Virus record (IMG/VR): IMGVR_UViG_3300043654_000004 | Location: 1 to 55,445 of that record | From: a virus | Taxonomy: Duplodnaviria > Caudoviricetes | Strand: one strand, 5' to 3' | DNA length: 55,445 bases | Shown here: positions 26,880 to 36,100 of the stretch, one piece after another | Layout: each line of letters starts with the position of its first letter | Numbering within the stretch: the stretch's first letter is position 1 | The notes under the pieces: model-generated | What the model was told of the DNA's origin: nothing | Database searches by the model: none | What the model saw: the letters and a program-made list of their open reading frames with translations, nothing else | Position numbers and translations under genes: made by a program

Positions 26880-27230
26880 ATGAGTGAACAAATATTAGTA
26901 GTCCAAGCACTTGAAGAAGCTCTTGAATTGCTACAGGAAGAAAATGCAAGGTTACGGAATAATAACCGCATTCTTAGAATCGTTAATTCTGGGTTGAGAT
27001 CAAAGCTAGAAACGGCCCAAAAGAATGACGAAGAATTTAAGTCTTTGTGTCAATTAGAACCCGAGCCGGAAGTAGAATCAGGCACAAGTTGGGGGAGTTA
27101 CCCTACTTCTGTCGCTGACGCAACCGGAACATCTTACGAAGTCGAACAATTAGATCAAGAAGCCGATGTGCATGTAGGTTCTATCGATATTGAAGCACTT
27201 AATCAACTTCGTAAGAAATCATATTACTAA
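26880..27230 (+). CDS. Coiled-coil hypothetical protein
   Basis: SD GGAGGAG before ATG 26880. Confidence 0.7.
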   Translation: MSEQILVVQALEEALELLQEENARLRNNNRILRIVNSGLRSKLETAQKNDEEFKSLCQLEPEPEVESGTSWGSYPTSVADATGTSYEVEQLDQEADVHVGSIDIEALNQLRKKSYY

Positions 27231-27403
27231 TCGCAAACATGGCGCTAATAAGCTGGATTAGCGAGTTATCGCCTAGTCGGAGGTAAGGTCTAGAACTCAC
27301 CCGAGACGTTAGTAGTCGCTTTGCCTGATCCGCAGGGAAAGACGCTGATTTTGCTGTGCTGGCCCCCTTCCTAGGGAGCCTGAACTTAGGAGGGGAAAAG
27401 CAC

Positions 27404-28048
27404 ATGGGTCCGACCCAACAAGAAATAATGGCGTCCCAAGGGACGCGACTATCTGAAAAGAATCCTTGGGAAACATATGGACAAGAATTAGATATTCAAA
27501 TGACACCTGAACTTGCTGCTGAAGTCGCAGATTATGCGACTCGGTATCATGATAAAAAAAGTAGTTCTCAGAATGAAGAAGAATTAGCCCGTCAAAAAGA
27601 GTTGAGTTATGAGTCGATGGGCGAGTATAGATGGTGTTCTGAAGAAGAGTACGCTGATGTTCAGGCCCGAATCGGTCGGATTATGCATCACAGTGAACTA
27701 ATCAACCGACTTAGAAAGATCGGTGTTCGCTGTTGGTACCGTCAACATCCTCAATTGGACAAGATTACGCTACTTATTCAGCGTAATAAAGACGTAATGC
27801 AACCGCCCGAAGTTGGTTGTTGGGTAAAAAGTGGATACATGCCCGAATACTCGGTTATGGGCTTTGACGAACATGGAGTTCCGTTAGCTGAAAAGTATAG
27901 AGGTTGGCGAACTTGTCTTTTACAACTTATCCTAAAACAAGTATTGACAGAAGATCAGGCGCATAAAGAATTTGGTGTAGCAGAACGTTGTTGTGCTGGT
28001 AGATATAACAGCATACTTCATGGATTAAGAAATACTGTAGAAATTTAA
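27404..28048 (+). CDS. Hypothetical protein
   Basis: SD AGGAGG before ATG 27404. Confidence 0.75.
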   Translation: MGPTQQEIMASQGTRLSEKNPWETYGQELDIQMTPELAAEVADYATRYHDKKSSSQNEEELARQKELSYESMGEYRWCSEEEYADVQARIGRIMHHSELINRLRKIGVRCWYRQHPQLDKITLLIQRNKDVMQPPEVGCWVKSGYMPEYSVMGFDEHGVPLAEKYRGWRTCLLQLILKQVLTEDQAHKEFGVAERCCAGRYNSILHGLRNTVEI

Positions 28049-28061
28049 AATAAGGAGGAGT

Positions 28062-28727
28062 ATGTCAGAAGTAAAGGAAGTAAAAGAATTAGAACCAAAG
28101 AAAGAACTTACAGGTAAAGAGAAGTTAGAACAAATTGAATTACAGATTAAACAAGCCGAACTTGAAGAAGTTCAACTTCGTAGACAAGAACGCGAATACA
28201 GCGTAAAAGATTTGAAAGCCCGTCTTGCCGAACGTGACGTAAAGGAGCTTCAGAAGAAGGAAGATCGGGAGGCTCAGGGTCGGACCTTTGCTTCTCAGAA
28301 GGCAACAGATGAGGCTCGTTGGCGAGTTTGTACGCATAAGAAAGGCGGAGTTGTTCAACCGCGAGATATGCGCGTCCTTTCTACAGGCGGAAATGGTCAA
28401 CAATACGCAGTTATCAAGCATCAGATGATTAACGGCGATATTTGGGTTCGTTGTTTACGTTGTGGAAAGACTTGGAATCCACCTGTAAAAGATAAGTTTT
28501 ATTTTGATAAATCGGGCAAACAAGTTCCTGTTCTTATAGGAACATTTGATGCAGAACGGTTTAAGAAAGCTGTTCTTGAGTATCAAAGAGCGACTCAATT
28601 TGAGACTAATAATACTATGTCTGGATCAGTGCAAGTGCGCTTTTCCCGATTTGATGAAAAATCAGAACAATGGGTAGATGCAGCTTCAGATTACCGTGAA
28701 GCTATCGCAAATACAAATTTACGTTAA
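28062..28727 (+). CDS. Coiled-coil protein with a Cys/His Zn-binding motif
   Basis: CTHKKG...CLRCGK; SD AAGGAGG. Confidence 0.75.
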   Translation: MSEVKEVKELEPKKELTGKEKLEQIELQIKQAELEEVQLRRQEREYSVKDLKARLAERDVKELQKKEDREAQGRTFASQKATDEARWRVCTHKKGGVVQPRDMRVLSTGGNGQQYAVIKHQMINGDIWVRCLRCGKTWNPPVKDKFYFDKSGKQVPVLIGTFDAERFKKAVLEYQRATQFETNNTMSGSVQVRFSRFDEKSEQWVDAASDYREAIANTNLR

Positions 28728-28824
28728 ATTAACAAGGGCCGAGCTTCTTAACAATGCTGATCGGCCTTTATTATACACAATACAAAGGAGGCTAATATGC
28801 AATTCCGTTAGTAAAGGAGTTCAT

Positions 28825-29154
28825 ATGAGCAGAAGTTATAAGAAACAACCTTTCATGGCTATAACAGGTCGTGGAAGCGCCAAACAAGATAAGATTCTCG
28901 CCCATCGCGGCGAGCGCCAAGCCAATAAACACGCAATTAACCTAGCAATGAAGAACGACGATTTTGAGAATTTTCTTCCTTTAGACCGTCTTGAATGTCC
29001 GTGGAATGAAGTCTATTGTTGGTCTAGAGACGGTAATCAGATGTATCAAGAGTTAGATCATCGTGATTGGCAAAATTATTTAGAGTCAACGTCTGAAGAT
29101 AGTTATTTCGGACAATGGCCGCCGAGATGGTATGTAGAAATGAAAAGAAAGTAG
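28825..29154 (+). CDS. Basic hypothetical protein
   Basis: SD AAAGGAG; MSRSYKKQP...DKILAHRGER. Confidence 0.7.
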   Translation: MSRSYKKQPFMAITGRGSAKQDKILAHRGERQANKHAINLAMKNDDFENFLPLDRLECPWNEVYCWSRDGNQMYQELDHRDWQNYLESTSEDSYFGQWPPRWYVEMKRK

Positions 29155-29163
29155 GGTATTTAT

Positions 29164-30240
29164 ATCGGACAGTCAACTCAGACCCTTCAGGAATTGGTCG
29201 ATGATACAAAATCAATGGCTGATCTTGCCCCCGCTTTAGCTACGGGCGGATATTCTAATCTTCCTGCCCTTTCTATAGCCAATGACGTAATGCAGAATAT
29301 GGTTGCAGGCGGGCCAGAAGGACAGCCGTTTAATTGGAAATGGAATAGAATGGTTGAAACTCCATTCTTTCTTAACAGTTGGCAACAGGATTATTTTATT
29401 CCTAATCTTGTGACTTTAGGCTGGCTTGAAAGTTGTACTGCGTCTAATTTCTCAACAACTCAATTTCCTAAGCCTATCCGACCGATTGAAGTCAAACGTG
29501 ACCTTTTGATTGTTAGTACTCAAATGTCGCAAGTCGCCAAGATTTGTTGGATGCAAAATGATACGATGCTTTCAGGAACTTGGGGTCAGACAGAAGTACT
29601 TTCTGCTACAGGGTTAGCTAATCCCGGTCCCGGAGTTGTCATAACTAATCCTTCTGGGTTATCGGCTATGCCGTTGAATCCGACGACACAAGTAAAAGAT
29701 AGTTTCGGTAATCTTTGGGTAGTTACGACTTATGGAACTTGTGGAAACGTCAATCCGTTTTTAGCTAATCTTAACCCTACTTTTCCGACTCTTCAGAATC
29801 AGAGTATTGTTTCTACGACAGCGACAGACGGAACTGTAGTCTGGACAGCAGTCAACCCCAAAGGTCAAGGATTTAGAATTAACCCTATTCCCGGTCAAAC
29901 CGGGCCAGTCTGGTTAATTCAACCTGTCGGTCAAAACCGAGTTCAGAGATTAACATCTTACGCGCAATTTCTTGATCCAATTCCAGACGATTATTATACA
30001 TTTTTCAAGCAAGGATTTTTCGCCCAATGTTATCGAAGATCACCTGACCCTAAGACTCGGGCAAAGTTTCAGACGGAGTTCGAGTTATGGCAGAAAGCGC
30101 TTGTTAATGCAGTAAGACAAGGCGGACGTGAGTTAGACGATTGGGGTTTTTATCCAACTTCTAACGTTATGGACGGCGGAGGTTATGGCGGTTATGTAGG
30201 TGCAAATCCAGCCCAACCGTTCGGGCCTTGGACGTATTAG
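29164..30240 (+). CDS. Putative head-tail adaptor-type virion protein; start possibly ATC 29164 (track uses TTG 29194)
   Basis: PFNWKWNR...QQDY motif shared with 30733 (PFIFWWN...TQDY); position in the tail module. Confidence 0.65.
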   Translation: MGQSTQTLQELVDDTKSMADLAPALATGGYSNLPALSIANDVMQNMVAGGPEGQPFNWKWNRMVETPFFLNSWQQDYFIPNLVTLGWLESCTASNFSTTQFPKPIRPIEVKRDLLIVSTQMSQVAKICWMQNDTMLSGTWGQTEVLSATGLANPGPGVVITNPSGLSAMPLNPTTQVKDSFGNLWVVTTYGTCGNVNPFLANLNPTFPTLQNQSIVSTTATDGTVVWTAVNPKGQGFRINPIPGQTGPVWLIQPVGQNRVQRLTSYAQFLDPIPDDYYTFFKQGFFAQCYRRSPDPKTRAKFQTEFELWQKALVNAVRQGGRELDDWGFYPTSNVMDGGGYGGYVGANPAQPFGPWTY

Positions 30241-30262
30241 CCGCAGTCTAAAGGCCTTATAG

Positions 30263-30343
30263 TGCAATACAGCCCTTGGTCGATTAGAACCACATATTGA
30301 TAAAGTTATGGCGTATCTTGCCAAGTATAAGGAACAAACATGA
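30263..30343 (+). pseudogene. C-terminal fragment of an endonuclease VII-type homing endonuclease
   Basis: Translates CNTALGRLEPHIDKVMAYLAKYKEQT*, matching the C-terminus of 39252-39665; no start codon. Confidence 0.65.
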
Positions 30344-30723
30344 GCATCACACAAGTACCTATAGCAACACCTTCGGCAATCTTTGAATTCACAGATACAG
30401 CAATGGGGAATTCCGCCGATGCAATAAAAGGATCGTCTGCTGTCCTCTACTGGATTCTTGCAGATAATTCTGCTAACGCTGGCGCAGCTACTTACGTAAA
30501 GCTATATAACGTCGCTGCCGGGTCTGTGACTGTTGGAACGACCGTTCCAGATTATGTTCTATATGTTCCGGCATCGGGCAGAGTTACACAAGTATTATAT
30601 ACTAACAATTCTCCCGGATTAACATTTGGTACAGCCCTTAGCGCTTGCGCGGTTACAAGCGGCGGTACCGCTGGAACGACTTCACCTGTTTCGAGTGTGC
30701 CTGTCACACTTGTATATGTATAA
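30340..30723 (+). CDS. Small beta-rich virion protein
   Basis: YVKLYN...VTVGTTVPD...GLTFGTAL pattern. Confidence 0.7.
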   Translation: MSITQVPIATPSAIFEFTDTAMGNSADAIKGSSAVLYWILADNSANAGAATYVKLYNVAAGSVTVGTTVPDYVLYVPASGRVTQVLYTNNSPGLTFGTALSACAVTSGGTAGTTSPVSSVPVTLVYV

Positions 30724-30732
30724 AGGATTTAA

Positions 30733-31707
30733 ATGGCCGCAATTTCAACGATAAAGATTAACGACACAATTGAATTTTGTAAGCGGCTATCCTTTAACCG
30801 GAATTTCGGTATTGGTAATTCACTAGAGCCTGCTTTGACAGCCGCCAATATGACGATTCAGACAATTCTGAATCCTCCATTTATTTTCTGGTGGAACGCC
30901 CAAGAAATTTCTTTTACATGTTCTACTGCCCCCCCCACCTCAGCGATTACGAATGTCGCGTTGTCGGGCAATATTGTAACTCTTCAGACGTTGAATTCTT
31001 GGGCGGTTAACGACGTAATCCTTGTTTCGGGACTTACCGGGGCAGCATTTTTGAATGGCGCAGCTTTGACAGTCCTTCCCGGAGCGACAAGCACACAGGT
31101 GACAGCCTACTTTAATCGTAATGCAAGTTATGGGCCAACCGCAGACGCGGGCACTCTTACGAAGTCTACGACTCAAGATTATACGGTCAACATTCCTCAA
31201 TTTTCGCATATTGAACACGCTTCTGTTCTAGATGCCTTTTCTACTAATTCATCAACGGGGGCGCTTAATAGTAAATGGTATGAGTTAGAAGTCAAAGAAA
31301 CACTTTCTACCGACTCTATTCTAGGACGGCCACAGTTTATTACACCGCATTTTGAAGACCCAAATGGCAATGTTACGTTTCGTGTTATGCCAGCGCCAAG
31401 TAATAACTATCCTGTTTCTGTTCACTGTCAACTTGCTCCGCCTCTTATTACTAGCCTGAATCAGACTTGGGGACCTTTGCCCGATTTTATGCAACATGTG
31501 TATACATGGGGGTTTCTCAGTCTCATGTGGGCCTTTGCGGACGATCCGAGAGTAGGTTTTGCTACACAGAAATTTACATCTGGGTTACTTGCACGAGCGG
31601 AAGGAATTTCCGAAGAAGACCGTAACACATTTTTAAACAATTGGAATATGTTGACAGGACAACAGCAAGCAAAGTTTAACCAAGGGCAACAGGCGCGGGG
31701 TGTTTAG
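30733..31707 (+). CDS. Putative adaptor (tail tubular A-like) protein with inserted beta module
   Basis: GRPQF, FRVMPAPSNNYPV, PLPD motifs; position. Confidence 0.7.
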   Translation: MAAISTIKINDTIEFCKRLSFNRNFGIGNSLEPALTAANMTIQTILNPPFIFWWNAQEISFTCSTAPPTSAITNVALSGNIVTLQTLNSWAVNDVILVSGLTGAAFLNGAALTVLPGATSTQVTAYFNRNASYGPTADAGTLTKSTTQDYTVNIPQFSHIEHASVLDAFSTNSSTGALNSKWYELEVKETLSTDSILGRPQFITPHFEDPNGNVTFRVMPAPSNNYPVSVHCQLAPPLITSLNQTWGPLPDFMQHVYTWGFLSLMWAFADDPRVGFATQKFTSGLLARAEGISEEDRNTFLNNWNMLTGQQQAKFNQGQQARGV

Positions 31708-31985
31708 TGCCTCAACAATATTATTCTGTATCTTTTTTTCAAGCGAATGGCCAACCCTTAGCGAACGGATATATAACTATCCAACTTAATACAGATGCGA
31801 CTGTAACAAGTACAGGACCGCAAATTGTCGCTGGTAGAATTTTGAATATTCCACTTGATAATAACGGATATGCTAATTTTCTAATTTGGCCGAATTCGCA
31901 ATTAAGTCCGAGTAATACCGTTTATCTTCTCCGAGCGTACAGTCTACAAGGTGAATTAGCTTGGAGCGGGCAATTTAGTCTATAA
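31707..31985 (+). CDS. Stand-alone tail-fibre anchor-like domain
   Basis: FQANGQPLANGYITIQL...IWPNSQLSPSNTVY resembles the N-terminus of the next gene. Confidence 0.65.
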   Translation: MPQQYYSVSFFQANGQPLANGYITIQLNTDATVTSTGPQIVAGRILNIPLDNNGYANFLIWPNSQLSPSNTVYLLRAYSLQGELAWSGQFSL

Positions 31986-31993
31986 GGAATCCG

Positions 31994-33160
31994 ATGGCCG
32001 TTACACCTGTACAATTAATAGGAGGCGCATTTCAAGACTGTTCTGGGAATGTTTTAGTCAACGGTTATTTGACGATGTTTTTAAGTCAAGATGCCAACAT
32101 TGCAGGAGTTGGTGATATCTGTAGCGGCATTTCTGTACGAATACAATTGGATGCACACGGTAACGTTTCTGTAACGCCGCCACAGTATGTTTGGGGTAAC
32201 GACCAAATGTTACCTGTGAATACGTTCTATAGGGTGTTCGGATATACAGCAAACGGACAGTTAGCGTTTGGCCCGGACAATCAGCAAGTCTTCGGAAACG
32301 GCGGAACATTTAACGTAGGAACATGGATTCCTAATCAGGTCATTAGTTGGGTCCCCCCCTTACAACCGTTACTTTTAGAGACGAATGGAACTAAGAACGG
32401 TTCACAAAGTCTTCTTAATCTAGTCGCTGGAAATAATATGACCATTACAGACGATGGTCAAGGTGATATTACTTTCGCGGCAACAGGCGGCGGATTTCAG
32501 AATTGGATTGGATTTAACGCAGCCGGAACTATAGGCGAATCAGTCAATAGTTCTGGAGTAGGTTCAACTTGGCAGTTGACAGGAAGTTCGTCTACACCGT
32601 TAATTCCACCAACAGCAACACAGACGAAAGCAGTAAACCAAAACGCACAATCTGCGGGATTTTCTACAAGTTTCGGGCTATTAGATCAGAATTTGGACCT
32701 TTCTCCCGGAACAATACAAGATTGGTTAGCTAAGACAGCCCTTCTTGGAGCAACTTTTGCTCGGTATTGGATAGGGTTTTCAGATGTCGTTGTAGGCGGA
32801 ATTGGGGCCGCTTTCCCGACTAATACACCTTCTGCAAATTTCATCGGGTTTAGATTTTCAGCAGGTACAGATACTCATCTTGTTGCAGTCTGCCAAACAG
32901 ATTCAACGCATCAGACTATTGTTGATACAGGAATATCGCCAACATTGAGTGCGTCTCCTCAACTTTTTGAGGTTATTCCTACTAGCTCAGGGACTGTCAT
33001 TAACTTTTATATTAATAAGTCATTAGTTGCAACTATTTCCACAAATGTTCCAGCAGCAAGTACGCCTATGGGGTCGTTTATTGTATTCGACGGACAAGCA
33101 AATGTTACTAGTAATGCTTCTACGAATATTTTTTATCTGTATGCTTTATTAAATAGTTAG
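31994..33160 (+). CDS. Tail fibre/spike protein with beta-sandwich C-terminus
   Basis: Anchor-like N-terminus; IGFRF...VDTGI...FYINKSLVATISTN C-terminal domain. Confidence 0.7.
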   Translation: MAVTPVQLIGGAFQDCSGNVLVNGYLTMFLSQDANIAGVGDICSGISVRIQLDAHGNVSVTPPQYVWGNDQMLPVNTFYRVFGYTANGQLAFGPDNQQVFGNGGTFNVGTWIPNQVISWVPPLQPLLLETNGTKNGSQSLLNLVAGNNMTITDDGQGDITFAATGGGFQNWIGFNAAGTIGESVNSSGVGSTWQLTGSSSTPLIPPTATQTKAVNQNAQSAGFSTSFGLLDQNLDLSPGTIQDWLAKTALLGATFARYWIGFSDVVVGGIGAAFPTNTPSANFIGFRFSAGTDTHLVAVCQTDSTHQTIVDTGISPTLSASPQLFEVIPTSSGTVINFYINKSLVATISTNVPAASTPMGSFIVFDGQANVTSNASTNIFYLYALLNS

Positions 33161-33172
33161 AGAGAAAAGTGA

Positions 33173-36100
33173 ATGCCTAATCCATTACAAATAGCGGGGG
33201 CACAATCCGACAAGAATACTCGGTTCGCGGCTATTTATACCGGAAGATTTTTCAGCGGGCTTTGGACTAATCGTTCTCCGTTGCGAGATGCTGCTTCTTC
33301 TAGAACAGAAGAAAAATATTACGGACCACGCGGCGATGCAATGATCGCAGGTTCAAATGTTGAAATTACGAATAAACAAACTGTCTCCCGTCGTCCCGGT
33401 AATCCGATTTATAGTCAATTTAATAGTGCCGTAGGACCTACTACGCCTTGGAATAACATTCTTAGTTTTGATGAATTTCGTCTTAATAAAGGATTGAGTG
33501 ATGTATTCGGAACGGTGACCGAACAAATAGACGTAATGGTTGACACGAGCACTGCGCTTTATGCATTAAACGGAAGTTCGTCTCAACTCGTCTTTACCAA
33601 AACCGCTGGTGCTGGACAAGATTACATGAAGCAGGTTGGTAATGAACTGTACTTCGGCAATGGTATCAACGATAAAAAATGGCTTCAATCTCTTTTCGTA
33701 AGAACATCCGCTAGCAATAGTGCAACATTACAGTTGAATTCGTATCCGTTTATGGATACTTTTCTTATTGACCCTAATGGAAATATTCAACAGATAATTG
33801 GTGCAATTGTTCAAAGTGGTGCAGCTTCGTCTGTAAATAATATTACTGTAACGAATGTTGTTATTGCGAATAATGTAGCAACGTTTACTACGTCTGCTTC
33901 TCCGTTTGTAGATCAACCTATTGGAACACAATTTATGTTCTGGGGATTTACAAATCCTAATACTAAGTTCCTAAATGGATTTACGGTCACATTGACTTCC
34001 GATTGGAGTACGATTAGTACTAGTTTTACCGCTAATATCATTCATCCAAACGTAAGTCAAGCTGACACAGCGTTTATTCAGATTGAAAGTGGTGGAACTG
34101 ACTCTGTACATAATACACTAGTTCTTGGATCAAGTGTTCCAACTTGGGGTACGACCGTACCAAGTTCGTCTAATAATTTTTATGGAAGTTTGACGATTGA
34201 CGGGCAGGCCATTTGGATCAATCGTGGTAATCCGGTAGAAAATTGGGGCCTAGCTGCTCCAACTCAACCATTGACTGTAACCGCATCTGGAACAAGTCAA
34301 GGTTGGATGCCTAAGACATATTATTCTCCTGCAAGTATTTATATTGATAATAATGCAGGCTTTTTATGGCAAGTGACGACTGCCGGAACTACAGGAGCGG
34401 TACAACCATCTTGGCCCGGAAGTCCGACTCCTTCAGCAAAGACTGATATATTGAGCGTAAGTCTTACGAGTAACGTAGTTACATTTAAGACGGCCACTCA
34501 AGCTTATTCTGCTGGTAACATTGTTAATATAGCTGGATTGTTAGGCGCGACGTTTCTTAATGGCCAAGCATTGACGGTTATTTCTACAGGACTGAGCACA
34601 ACTCAATTTGAAGCTAATTTTACTCATGCTAATTATCCGACGACTGCTGATAATGGATATTCATCTTTACCCGGCACTACTCAAGCAGATAATACAGTAA
34701 CTTGGACTTGCATTCAAAGTCCTGCTTCATTGACTTGGGCAACACACAATCATTATTATACGAATGATTATTTAACAGCAATTGCGGGCGGCGTAAATTA
34801 TTTTTATCAGCTATCTAAGCGTACTCAACCTTTTATTAGCGGTTGGTCTAAACCAACAATTTCTCAGGCAGGCTTTGCGTCACCTAATAATGGCGTAAGC
34901 GCATATGCGTGGACTGGTAATCCAAGTACTGCCGGATCATTTGATAAGTTTTATGGAGAAGCAGGTTTAGGGGCCAGTAGTACGTTAATGACAACCCCCG
35001 GATCATTGTTTGCTATTAGTTCTCCGACGATTCCATCGAATACAGGCGTTCCAGCCACTACACAAGGAGCGGCAGGAGATGGATTATTTTTCTTTTCAGT
35101 TAATGGTGCTGGAGAACTGAATACAACAGGTTCGATCAACTCTTTTGGCGGGTTTCAGGAATGGGAAGCAGCATTTATCTGCAATATTTTTATTCCTACG
35201 CCCGGACCTTATTCTTTTTCGGCATCTCACGACGACGGAACTTTTTTCGCATTTGATAATTCTGCTGGAGTTACTAGAAATTCAGGAACAACTTTAGACG
35301 TTCCTGCCAATCCTCCAGCAGTTCCGCAGACCGCCGTTCTGGGAACAGGAACGGGGTATTTGAATCCAGTTGGACAAAATGCGTCTGGATTTTTTCCTAC
35401 AGATTCTGGGTCGTATTCATTTCCTACAGTCGGAAATTATGGCTTAGAGATAGATTGGAAGAATTGGGAAAATCAAAGTAAGATGGTTTTTACCTGTAAT
35501 GGTCAAAATCTTGCTATTTCTCCTGATGAAAGCGGAAGCAGCACTCCAGCATTTCCTCCGTTTACAACGACGGGAGCAACATATAATGCTACTCTTGGTT
35601 TAATTGTTTATGGGTCAGGTGATACCGTACAAGAAGCAGCTAATCAATATACTTGGAGTAATATTGGTCCTGTAAGTGATTTTACGTGGACAGCTAATAC
35701 TCCGTATACGTTACCCGCAACAGTAATCATCGATTCAAACAGCAATCAAGAAGGACCGATTCAGACAGGTATTTCAGGCACTACCGCCCCTGTTTGGCAA
35801 ACAGCGTTAAACGCGATTACGATTGATAATGCTGTTGATAATCTGAAATGGATTAATGAAGGTAATATTCCAACTCAGACTACGACAGGTAAGATTACCG
35901 CAACAAGCGCTCAAGGTTGGGAATATGCAATTGCTCTTGTCAATACGTTAGATAATACTGTTTCTAATATCGGACCCTTAAGTAAAGGAACTGGACCAGT
36001 TGTTAACGGTCAAGTTACTTTTGCTCCCGGAGCGGGGCTGACAACAGCGATTATTGATCCACAAGCTGATTATGTTGCTATTTTCCGAACTACTGATGGC

